From: Anthoceros angustus
Lineage: Eukaryota > Plantae > Anthocerotophyta
DNA length: 64,000 bases
Direction: 5' to 3'
NCBI GenBank assembly: GCA_010909165.1
Contig: MU008159.1
Span: forward strand, 1,178,001-1,242,000
The translations under genes were made by a program, and so were the position numbers. Below, piece by piece: positions 37,401 through 49,000 of this stretch (positions are counted from its first letter, which is position 1; every line of letters begins with the position of its first letter). The notes under the pieces were generated by a model. That model had not been told where the DNA came from. It searched no databases and saw nothing but the letters and a program-made list of their open reading frames with translations.

Positions 37401-40400
37401 TAGCGCAGCCAAATACCTTGATGGCCTAACATCCGACATGTTGAGGCGGTGGTGGGGCAAAAACTTGCCGAGATTTGGACCCGTCTCTCGATCTCTATGC
37501 GATCCAATAAGGTTAGTACAATGGCGCTTCGCAACTGAGAATGAAGGATGGAGATTCCGTGGAGAGACATATCGGTACCTTGGGACCCTCGCTTCAAAAC
37601 TAGAAGGTGCCTCTAAAATAATCATGACGAGAAGAAGAACTGGTCATGAGACTTCTCCTCTCGCTTCGAGTCCTGGTCACATTTCGTGACATCACACACC
37701 TGCACAAGCCAGGCTACATCTTGTTAGCAAGGAAACAAGGCATTGAGATGCCGGAGATGTCATTCTCGAGCTTGTTAGTACTATGCTTCAAGAGGAGGCT
37801 AGCAAGAGCATTCTGAGATGTCTGGGCAAGCAACAGCCTTGTACACATCAAACCGGGACGAGGTGGAAGATTCTCCTCTCGTGGTGGTGGTAGCTCCTCT
37901 AGGGAGGAGGTAGCTCGCAAGGAGCTAATCCTTCCAAAGAAGAAAAATAAAAATCGGTACTTGCAATTGGTGCAAAATACGGACATTGGGAACGTGATTG
38001 TCGAAAACAGTGGAGTACCTCGCAAGGAGGGATCATCGAGTCGAGACACGTTGTGGTCAAAAAGCAAAACACTCCATCCTTGTTGGGACCGGGAGTTTGC
38101 TAATCCACTCTTGCTCCCTATGTTTATGCCAAAGCACATTTAAAACCCACATCCGAGTGGTACTTAGATCAGAAGCTCATATCCGCTTTGGATGAAACTC
38201 ATTTACAACATACTGGTCGTGAATGATCGTATGTTTACCTTGGAGATGATAGGTCTTTGGTATCTCCGGTGGTAGTACGATGACTTGCGGTTTCTTGAGT
38301 CACCCGACCGCAAGGTGTTTATTACGTGCGACATGACCAAATCTCATTTCGGTTAGAAAAGCGAATCGAGAAAAATAATTGCCATATCCTATTTACTAGA
38401 GCAGTTGTCAAGTCATAGATGCATTTGACCACGAAGGTACTTGCCTATGGGTCTTGACCATGATCTTTCGTCTCCATTTGCATAGTGGAGTAGTCGAGTC
38501 TCACCTTACAGGGGCGTGTCCATCACACGGATAGCAAAATCTAAGTTGTGGCATGCCCGCCTTGGTCATCCTCACATGGCAAAACTTCAGAAGTTGGCTG
38601 TGAGTGACCTTTACCAGGATGGACAAATAGGCCCTTTGACCGCTATCCCACTTTGTGAAGCTTGTGTGCTTTCGAAAAGGCACCAAGCAGCCTTTAAGAA
38701 TAAGGCCCCTCACCGAGCCAATGATCTCCTAGAACTTGTGCACACTGATATTTGTGGACCCTTGTCACAGGATTCCATCGGTGGTGGCAAGTACTTCCTA
38801 ACATTCACAGATGACAAAAGCAGATTTGTCACTTCATACATACTGAAGAACAAGAGTGAATGTTTCTCCTACTTCAAGGAATACATAAAATTTGCTGAAC
38901 GCTGGACAGGGAAGCAGCTTAAAACTCTTAGGTCAGACAATGGTGGTGAATTTACCTCTAACGAATTCCGTCCTCAGAAGACGAGGGAATTGGTCGACAA
39001 CTTACGGTTGTCTACACCAAGCAGAATGGAGTGGCGGAGCGTCTTAACCTTACCTTCGAAATGATTTCCTCCTTGCTTCATGATGCTCATTGCCCGCCAT
39101 ATTGGGCGGAAGCACTTATGACTTCCACTTACCTCCGTTACCTACTAACAGTTACCTACTGGGCAGACACCCTATGAGGCATTCACGGTGAAACCATCTC
39201 TTGACATTTGAGATTTTCGTTGCCCCTTGCTTTCATACCTAGAGACAAGCGGAAGAAACTTGCAGATAAGGCAAGGAAACTTCTTATGCTTGGTTACACA
39301 GAGGGCATCAAAGCATACAAATTGTATGATGTCCCCACAAACACGATGGTTTATGCTCAAGTGTTACCTTTGATGAGGCCGCACTTGGGCTTGGTGGGAG
39401 CACAAACACATCCTACACTTTTGATGACACCGAGGACAACATAGCTCTCTCATTTTGATCTTTCGATCATGGCACTCGAGCTCCGCACTTGCGGACACCC
39501 TGCAGTGGGGAACATGTAGAGGCGAGTTAGACAATGAACCTCCACGCTATGCGAGCGACCACAAATGCGGGATCCGATATTACCCATCCTGCTGAGGCGA
39601 TCATAATCGCGATTGATCTTTGGCGAAGTTGATACTCTGAAGAACGAAGAACGAACCCCCCAGCCGCTGCCAACCCTTTGATATCCCACTCGTGAAAGGA
39701 GACCTCCGATTATTCTGATTACGATTTTCGAGCTTCCTCCGCTCATGACGACTCATGCGACCACCTCTCTCGACCCATAGAACCACGGTCCTATGTGGAA
39801 GCATTGAGTAGACGACCACAAGGAGTGGGAGAAGGCTATCTGATCAGTATGATTCAACGATAGAAAAGCGGCACATGGGAGATAGCAAAGTTACCTCCGC
39901 GGAAAAATGGTGTCCTGTAAGTGGGTATTCAAACTAAAAATTAAAGTCGATGGTACCTTTGATAGGTATAAAGCAAGGCTAGTAGCAAGAGGTTTCTCAC
40001 AAGTCCACTGGACTTGATTATCTTGAGACCTTTGCCCAGTGAAGCTAGCCACACTTCGTATCATCCTCGCAATATCAACACATCACAATTATGAATTACG
40101 GATGTATGATGTAAAGACACTTTCTTACGGAAAGCTTGATACAAATATACATGCAACAACCTCCGGTGTATGAGGTTAAGGGCAAAGAGGACCATGTGTG
40201 CGAGGCTAATTAAGTGCTATGGTCTCAAGCAATCAACAATGAAATGGAGCAGTGGATTGAACTTCTAGCTTTAGGTTTCATTAAAAGCACAGCGCAGCGC
40301 CTTTATATTTACAAGAAAGGCGATGTAGTTTGTTACTGGCCGTGTCGTTGATGATTTGATCTGTCAAGCAACAGCATTTATTACAATGATCACGAGATAG

Positions 40401-42609
40401 GCTTGCAAGGAGATTTAAAATGTCAAGTCTTGGACCTCTACAAATGTCTCGGCATCCTCATACGGAGGGGGCAGGCAAGCGAGTTATGACATTAACTCAA
40501 CCAAGGTATCGCTTGATAGTGCGAACAACTCGGTCTCAAGGGCCGCTATACTGCTCTGCGCAGAAACTCGATGAGTATGTCACCGTCTACAAGAAGAAAA
40601 GAATCGATGGTTGGTATTCCTTACGGCAAGGGGTAGGCAAGCTTATCTGCGTCCAACACGAGGTTGGACATTGCCTTCACAACTAGTGCATTATCGCGGT
40701 TCTGGAAAATCAGTCAAAACCTTTGGACAAGCCTTAAGCGGGCCTTTAGATATCTCAAGGCACGCCTAACTTGGGCATTCGATACACACGAAAGGAAAGC
40801 CATTAGACCTTGAAGTCTTCAGATTCAGATTATGCAGGGGATGTTGATAGCAGGAAGTGCGTTTCTGGCTATGTCATCTCCATCGCAGGTGGACCAGTTT
40901 GTTGGTCCGATAAAAGCAGCCAGTTGCCCTATCATCCACGAATCTGAGGTTTTAACTGCAAAGAGATTGTGTGGTGTAATTTGTTGTTTGAGGATCTCGG
41001 GATTCCTATTCCTACATGCACGACAATCCATACAGACAATCAAGGCTCCATGGCTAAGAATCGATTTTCCACTCACGCACAAGCGTGGAAGTGGAATATC
41101 ACTATATCCGAGGGTTAGTGGCGGTGGTAAGATAGAGTTGCGGTATGTGCCAACACAGACAATCCTTGGATATACTTACCAAGGCACTAAGCGAGCGCAC
41201 TTCAAACACATGAAAGTCTTGGGCTGGGAGATTCACGAGAATCTCTAGCCACTACTTCTTCTAACTTTCTCAGGCTAGTAGCCTGAGTCATAGCTGTCAG
41301 AAGGTTCATCAAAGCTTATTTCTTTTCCAGACTTCATGGAAAAGGATGTAGAAGCATCCTCATTAGCTTCAGGGTTTGAGTCAGGCTCTCAGGGCGAAGA
41401 GAAGCTTTCATCAGATCGAGGAGAATTGCGTCTTTTGCGTTCCTCGTAGGAGATTCTCTCTTCAGTCTCTAAGTCTGCCTCTCTCTCGATTCTGTGGTTT
41501 GACCCTGTTCACATCCAGTGGGAGACAGTGTCAGGAGATGAACAAGACAGCGAGCAATTTCTAAACATATTAAGCAACAGGTTGCCAGTTTCAGAGACGT
41601 ACTGTATATGCTTACAACATGCCCTGGATAGTGAGAACATAGGCGCACCGAAACCCTCCTCATGATTACCTTGACGCCGTTGAGATATATCCTATACCAC
41701 ACAGGGGTACGAGGATGTTCGATGTAGCCAATACTGACAATCTTGGTTTCACTATCAATGTCATGAGGCCGAGGGAAACACAAGGGTAATGATGGCTGCG
41801 ACTCGTCATCGAGTAAGCATACTCGGCCCGAGGATACTTTCTCACGTCTTTAGCACTTGGAGTGTTTGTCACGTCCTTGATGCGAGGTGCCACCCATGTC
41901 GCGAGATGGCACGAATCGTGATGCGACTTGATCGTTGTAGCCTCTGTTTGCCGAAATTCTTTGGTAGTACCAGGCGTCCTTTCTGCGTGATGGCTCCGTT
42001 GCGGCGTTTTGCACCGGACTTTGAACTTTGGCGGTTCTGGGTGCGAACGCCTGGGCAGCGGGCAGCGCTTGGGAGGCGATCTCGGGCGAAGGGAAGACAT
42101 GGCGAGCACGGCAATCTTACGCTCCGGATGCTCAGCAGAACAAAAGGCTGAGAAAATACATCGGGGTTATGGCGAGATGTACCTCATCTCGGTGGCTTCC
42201 TGCTTATCTTGCATATGGAGTTGATTGGCGGAAGATTGAGCGTAAAAGTGTCGCGAAAGATCGCCGCGTTTGGGTGATACCGCCTCAGATCTCACGGGTA
42301 GCACACGAGTGAGACCGTGATTCGAGATAATGTCTAGGTCATGATCTACTCAACAAGTGGGAGTATTGGTATTATGTTGATATCATGACTATAGGTCTAA
42401 GGATAGTTACGATAAATAATCCTTAGTATGATGTTGAGTTAGGTAGATATCTTTTCGTTAGGGTTACGACTTTTCGTGAATAGACACATCGTTTAGATTA
42501 AGTTTAAGTTACCTTTTCGCATAAGCACTTCAGACTCTTTTCTTGATTCTCAATTAATGTGTAATTACTTAATGTTGTAATTAATCTACATAATCCATAT
42601 AAATTGTCA
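34443..42609 (+). mobile_element. Ty1/Copia LTR retrotransposon (Copia-A) with 246-bp LTRs at 34443-34688 and 42364-42609
   Basis: Near-identical LTRs (one substitution seen), PBS TGGTATCAGAGC at 34689-34700 (tRNA-iMet) and PPT AAGTGGGAG. Internal motifs: UBN2-type gag, CCHC knuckle, KLWHARLGH, LVHTDICGP...LRSDNGGEF integrase, RVT_2 (YKARLVARGFSQ) and RNase H (SDSDYAGDVD). Confidence 0.93.
35244..38098 (+). repeat. ~1434-bp tandem duplication of the Copia-A upstream ORF and gag
   Basis: AGTTTGATCTTACATTCACACTTCCTCCAAG starts at 35244 and 36678, and both copies run through gag to CAAAAAGCAAAACACTCCATCC. The junction shares AGTTTG microhomology. Confidence 0.9.
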
Positions 42610-42687
42610 CCCAGGACGTCGTGCGCATCCTCCACCATTTCCATCTCATTTGGGCCCACAGATTGGGGTCTCTCAATCGCCGGACAT

Positions 42688-42960
42688 CCGGTGAGCTTCT
42701 TGAGACTCGGCGATGTGCGAGCGTCCGGCGCATTCTTCCAATTCCTTCTATGTTTTCACTCTAACAATGGAGATCCGGGGTTGTGTACTCAAAGTGCACC
42801 GGGCGTCCGGTAGCTACTTTTTAGAGTCGTAGTTTGGTCCTCTCGAGATGGCCATGATCAAGCTATCGGTTAATGTTCTCTCACAATTGCGGACGTCCGT
42901 GCGGTTGCTCTTCGGACTTCGGTGCTACTTTGCGTGTTGGTTGTGGGACGTCCGTGGGTT
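42688..42960. repeat. Cluster of GGACGTCCG-like short motifs
   Basis: cggacatccgg, gagcgtccgg, gggcgtccgg, cggacgtccg and gggacgtccg within about 270 bp; resembles DNA-transposon subterminal repeats. Confidence 0.5.
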
Positions 42961-44752
42961 TCTGGACTAATTTTGTTTGGTTTGCCTCTTTGTTCACCTG
43001 CTAGGAAGTACTATCGCTGCGAAGAGGTGTTTAGGATTCCTAGCACCTATTAAAATCCTTGAAATCCGTTCCTTGTGAAGGTGAAATCCATGAACCTTCT
43101 TGGCTTCAACCACAGTAGCGTAAGTATTCACGAGAAAATAACATGGTCAATGTCTTTCGTACATGTCTAAAAGTGGTTTTGCTAAAGATGATGCATTTTG
43201 GCCCGTTTTCGAGGTCATTTTTGGTCTTTAGGGACCCAAACCCCTTTAATGGAGAATAACCCCTATCTTTGAGAGCCATTTGTTCGAGGACTTTCATGCA
43301 TCTTTGTCTTCAAGTTGTTGTTCCAGTACGCAGGCTGATGATGCCACAAACACTTCCATACCTCAGCGGTATACTAAGCTCCTTTGTGTCAATGACCAAG
43401 TTTGCTCTAACCATGTTGTCTTCCTTGAATTCCTGCGGGCCTTATTTGTTTGGCTGTGAGGCCAGGCTACTTCCACCTACTCGAGACAGCATTTCATCTC
43501 TCACTTCTCAAAGATTTCATCCACGTACTTCCCTCCTCATCAACCTTACATAACCTGATAATCCGTGTCCGGTTGTCCACGAGGCGGTGATAAGCGACCT
43601 TAGGTCCATGCCGTTGCATCCCACTTAGGAACCACCTTGTAGGGCTTATATCTCAACTTCAGGTCTAAACTTGACCCCGGTATCAATGCTTTGGCCTTCA
43701 TCTGGATTACGATGTACCTCGGGTCCGCACGCTTTGGTGCGACATAGAAAAAGCTGGTTGTGTCATTTGGTCACATGGACCACCTGACCTGCGAAATTCA
43801 AAATTACACGGAAGGAACCTCGCGGGAACATAAAAATGTGCGCTCAGCGTGTTTTCCTGCTCTTGTGAAGACCATGAACCGATCGTGCATAACCAAGCGG
43901 ACTTCCTTCGCCCATTATACGCTATCCCGTTGATGTCACTTGTGGACACGGTGGGTCTTGCTTTGGGATGCATTCATGGCATATGTTCTTTGAATTGATG
44001 TGAAAAGCTTGCATTCTGCGGTGTGGAGCGTACATCGCGATCTGGGTGCAAATGCACGGAGGAGGCGGGCGGTGCAGCGCGATCGTTGTGTGGCAAGGTT
44101 TCCGGCATGGATTGTCGGTATCGCCGATTGTGCGAGGAATAGCCGACTTGTAATGATGGAAGTTTCTCAAGCTGATTGGGGTGGTTACGCCCATGATGGC
44201 CCGCTCTCCTTGTAGTCAGCAGCGGTATTGGGGTGAAGGCGTCTGCGGCGGAGGCGGGCTTTGGCGAGCAGGCGCCAAAGCAGAGGAATGAACCGGTGGA
44301 CATAGTAGGCAGTGCGGCGGCAACATCGACCTCCACCTCCACAAGCCCAGTGCGTGTGCGGCGCGATGCAGCGTTATTTCAAGGTCGTTGGGGTTGATAC
44401 TGCACAATCTCGCGCCGCCAGCAACTAGCAAGGGGCTTGGAGCAATTCTTGCGGATGACAAGTGAGTTCTCGGTCTGATGTCGTGAGATCTATAGTACTT
44501 TTGAAGAGCTTCCTCTTGAAGGACTTCGTACTCCCGAGCGGCGGGAAAGATGAAGAGTTGTTCTTGTTCTCATGAGGAATATGAGCCGGCATGTAAAATT
44601 TGAAGGATGTTGGTCGGCGATCACTGCGAGGCAATATGCTCTGGAATATCATTTTGTCAGATCGGATGACCATCGATTCCCAACAGCCAAGCACATTGGT
44701 GTGAGTCGGAGCGGATCCGATCTGCAGATGTGCGGGGGGGGAAGGATTAGCC

Positions 44753-46034
44753 GGGGCCAAGGTATGTGGTGCGGGTCGGAAGGAAGCTTAGATGCGATGT
44801 GATCTCGGATGATGTGAAAAGCCGACGTTACGCAGTGCAGGAGCTCGCCTCTCGACCTTCCTCCAACACAAAGGACACCAAGCGCCTACGTCTTAGGACC
44901 AAACACTTTTGACCGGCACATCATCCACTTCTTGGATACTTCACGAATTGAGATGAATGTCATGCTGGATTCCATGCTTGTGTTGTGAGTGCGAACCTTC
45001 ATCATGCTAGTCCCTCACCTTCCATGCTTGTTTGTACTTCACGGTGTCGTTATATGTTAGCACTACCTTCAATTCTATGTTTGACTCTTGGGCATGATGG
45101 TATTGGGAATTAAGGTGTTCACGTAGGCTTCTCGTATGCATCACGGTGTTGTGATTTGACCGGTGATATGGGGTGGGAAGGATTGTCGGGGCCAAGGTAT
45201 GTGCGGGTCGGAAGGAAGCTTAGTCGATGTGATCTCGGATGATGTGAAAAGCCGGCGTTACGCAGTGCAGGAGCTCGCCTCTCGACCTTCCTCCAACACA
45301 AAGGACACCAAGCGCCTACGTCTTAGGACCAAACACTTTTGACCGGCACATCATCCACTTCTTGGATACTTCACGAATTGAGATGAATGTCATGCTGGAT
45401 TCCATGCTTGTGTTGTGAGTGCGAACCTTCATCATGCTAGTCCCTCACCTTCCATGCTTGTTTGTACTTCACGGTGTCGTTATATGTTAGCACTACCTTC
45501 AATTCTATGTTTGACTCTTGGGCATGATGGTATTGGGAATTAAGGTGTTCACGTAGGCTTCTCGTATGCATCACGGTGTTGTGATTTGACCGGTGATATG
45601 GGGTGGGAAGGATTGTCGGGGCCAAGGTATGTGCGGGTCGGAAGGAAGCTTAGTCGATGTGATCTCGGATGATGTGAAAGCCGGCGTTACGCAGTGCAGG
45701 AGCTCGCCTCTCGACCTTCCTCCAACACAAAGGACACCAAGCGCCTCGTCTGGGACCAAACACTTTTGACCACATCATCCACTTCTTGGATACTTCACGG
45801 TGAGATGAATATCATGGCTGGATTCCATGCTTGTGTTGTGAGTGCGAACCTTCATACATGCTAGTCCCTCACCTTCCATGCTTGTTTGTACTTCACGGTG
45901 TCGTTATATGTTAGCACTACCTTCAAATTACGTGTTTGACTCTTGGGCATGATGGTATTGGGGTCGATGAGGTGTTCACGTAGGCTTCTATGCATCTTGG
46001 TGTTGTGATTTAGGGACCCGGTGATATGGGGTGG
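44753..46034. repeat. Three tandem copies of a ~430-bp unit
   Basis: GGGGCCAAGGTATGTG starts at 44753, 45188 and 45618; identical ORFs 45007-45195 and 45437-45625 are offset by 430. Confidence 0.92.
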
Positions 46035-46098
46035 ACAGTTGTGTTGTTGGAAGGGCTATGTGATGCCTGTGTGGCCTTGTGATGGTTTGGGTGATTGG

Positions 46099-49000
46099 TG
46101 TGGAGATACCTCATGCATCTAGCAAGAAAGGCCGACATGCGGAGGCATGCGAGCAATGGAAATAAAACGATGTGTATTTAATAATGAGCAGAAAAATGTT
46201 ATATACAAAAGTAGCCTAATAACCCTAAATAGCATAACCTAAAAGTAAGTGGGATATTTAACCGTCGTGGTTATTAATCCAACACTCCACTTAACCTCGA
46301 CGGGTTAAAACCAGTATAAAGTCCACCAAAATAAGTTCTGGTCAGCACCCCATCCGGGTACTGATCGGCACCCTTTAACTGCAGAGTTTCGATATGAAGC
46401 CCGCTACAAGCCACGCTCCCGCTTTTCCTTGCACTATGTCTACCAAAATACACCATTTATAACAAAGCCATTGCGAGATTCAGATAAACACGGCATAAAC
46501 ACGGCTCCAGCACTGTTATTACCAAAGTTGCGATCTTCACATCGCTGGTGGCGCCGCGACCTGAATTTCTTCACAAACATGGTGCAACTTGAAAGCGGCG
46601 GGTTTTCTAGCCAAGGGCACTCACAGTGTGATCTCGTGAAAAATCTCAAGGCTCCTGCAAATCTGCAGTACCAGAAAAAGTCTGGCCAACCACGGCGCAC
46701 GGTAGCCGGACTTAGCTAGGGCTGATGGCAAGTGCAAGGGCTATTCGAGGTTCTTTGGAAGAGGCGAGGGCTCGTCTTCGAACTCATCTTGCAAGTGGAG
46801 ACACGGGTGGAGGAAAGGGAAGATGATAGGCGGTGTGGAGGTATAGAGAAATGTTGAGGGAACTCAAACTCGGGGCCTATACACACGAGGCAGAACGAAG
46901 GACATTAAGGTGAGGAGTCTCGTGATAGCAATCTCCATGTCACAGGATTAGGTAATTGTGAGGCTTCATCCGATGAAAAACATGGAGGTGATGGTGACTA
47001 ACCTAAGATGGTGCTCCCACTGCAGTGAACAAGACAACCAAGGCGAAAAAGGATCACGTGGGGAGACTGGTTACATTGCAAATTACGTCGATCCACCATG
47101 TAAGCATTCAATCGAGCGTAAAATACTTGCGAAATCTGAGACCTAAACCCTCTACATGTGTCGATGTTTGTGTTTGGGCGGTGGTTTAGTGAGGACATCA
47201 CCGTATTTCCGTCGGTGTGGATATAAGCAGTGACAATTCCCCTAGCCTTGACATCCCTAACGTAGTGATGTGCAATTTCTATATGTTTCGTTCTAGCGTG
47301 AAATCTAGGGCGATCAACAAGGGCTAGAAGGATTGATTATCACGGTGCGATGTAGTAGGGAGTAGCTGCTCACCGAGGAGAGGAAAGAGCGTGCCCGGCT
47401 TCTTCGCGACATCGGTGAGACATTTATATTACCTTGATGCTTGAGAGGGCAATCTTGCTTTGTTTCTGACTCCATGTAACTTGCAGAAGATAAGAAGAAG
47501 ACATATGTAGACAAGCTCTTGCGTGTGTCCCCATCGGATCGGCATCGGCCAAAGGCGACAAGTAGGTGTTCTCTGTTCTTTTGTAGCATAGTCCATAATT
47601 ATGTGTCCCCTTTAAATACGAAATACTCGTTTGATGGCGATCCAGTGATTACGGGGCGGTCCGAATTGAGAGGCGTATTCACGGCATATGTGATGTCGGC
47701 CGAGTCGATTACTTACAAACAATAAGGCAGCTGCGTGCGGTATGGGACATCTTTCATGTCGGCAATGTCAGCAATGGGATCATCCTTGGTGAGCTTCACT
47801 CCACTTGCACAAGGTGTGTTAGCGGGATGTGCCTTGTCCATGTTAAAAGCGTTGGAGAATTTACGAAATGTATTTACGTTGATGGATGATGATCAAACCC
47901 TCGCACGTACTCTTCTTGTATACCAGACCAATTTCAGCTCCCTACATCATCATTTCAAATTGTTAGTAACATGTCTTGAACTCGTGCTAACAAGTGGGTA
48001 TCATTTCCGGCAAATATGGCATCATCAACGTAGCAAGAAGAACATAAGAGGTGCCATCATCATAGATGTAAGCGAAGGATCTGCGGGCTTTGTCGAAATC
48101 CAAGGCCCCTTAGGTATCCGGTCTTGCATTCCAGATTACGCACTTTGTTTAAGACCATAAATACACTTAATCGGTGACATACATAGTCGGATGATCGGTC
48201 TTCATAGCCTTGATTTCCATACAATTCTTCTTGAGTATCCCATGTAAGAAGGCCGTTTTACATCCATTTGCTGCAATTCTAAATCACGTTCGTGACTAAA
48301 GCAAGCATGAGGCGAATTGATTGAGCGTACCGGAGAAAATGTCTCACGAGACCAGGTATTTGTGTGAATCCACGTCAGAGCCTTGCTTTATAACGTGCTA
48401 TGTTACCATCACATCTAACTTATGCTTGAATACCCATTTGCGGGTTATTGGTTTGCGCCTTAGGACGAGGAACAAGTTTCCGGTACCATTTTCATAAGAA
48501 TGAATTCATCATCCACATGCCTCCACTTATCTCTATCGGGACACGAAAATGCTTCTTTGAGAGTGACAGCTCGGGAGGGATGATGGGCAAAGAGGCATTG
48601 TGGACATGGGATACAGACTCCCAGACTTACGAAGTCAATAGATGTGTAACGGGCTCTAGCCATTCGGAGGGCGATGAGCACGTGTAGACCTCGTCTGAGT
48701 TCATGTGTAATATCATTTGGGCGGTAATGTCTCTTCTTCACCGGAAGAATCGAGCTTGGGAAGAACTCAGTTCGAGTTGATTCTGGTGTTCGATTGTGGG
48801 GAGGCTCATGATCAATTTCAGCATTGTCATGCGGAGTTACGCATCGGGCTCTGCATCTAGTGGAGTATCGGTGGAGGAGCGGTGGGAGATGACACCGGCC
48901 TCACCTCACTGTCAACATCATCTGGATACTCACCAATTTTCATACAATTGGTGGCGGAACCCCAAAAGTGCACGGTAAATAAGGAGAATCGGTGATGATG

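Noticed and set aside
43100-44700. Possible DUF4216-like or other TE coding remnants (QLFYVAPKRADPRYIV)
   Set aside because: One weak motif only; the family cannot be assigned by eye.
46300-46720. env-like sense ORF in the Copia-B 3' region
   Set aside because: Only a short hydrophobic stretch broken by stops; the antisense frame has better support.
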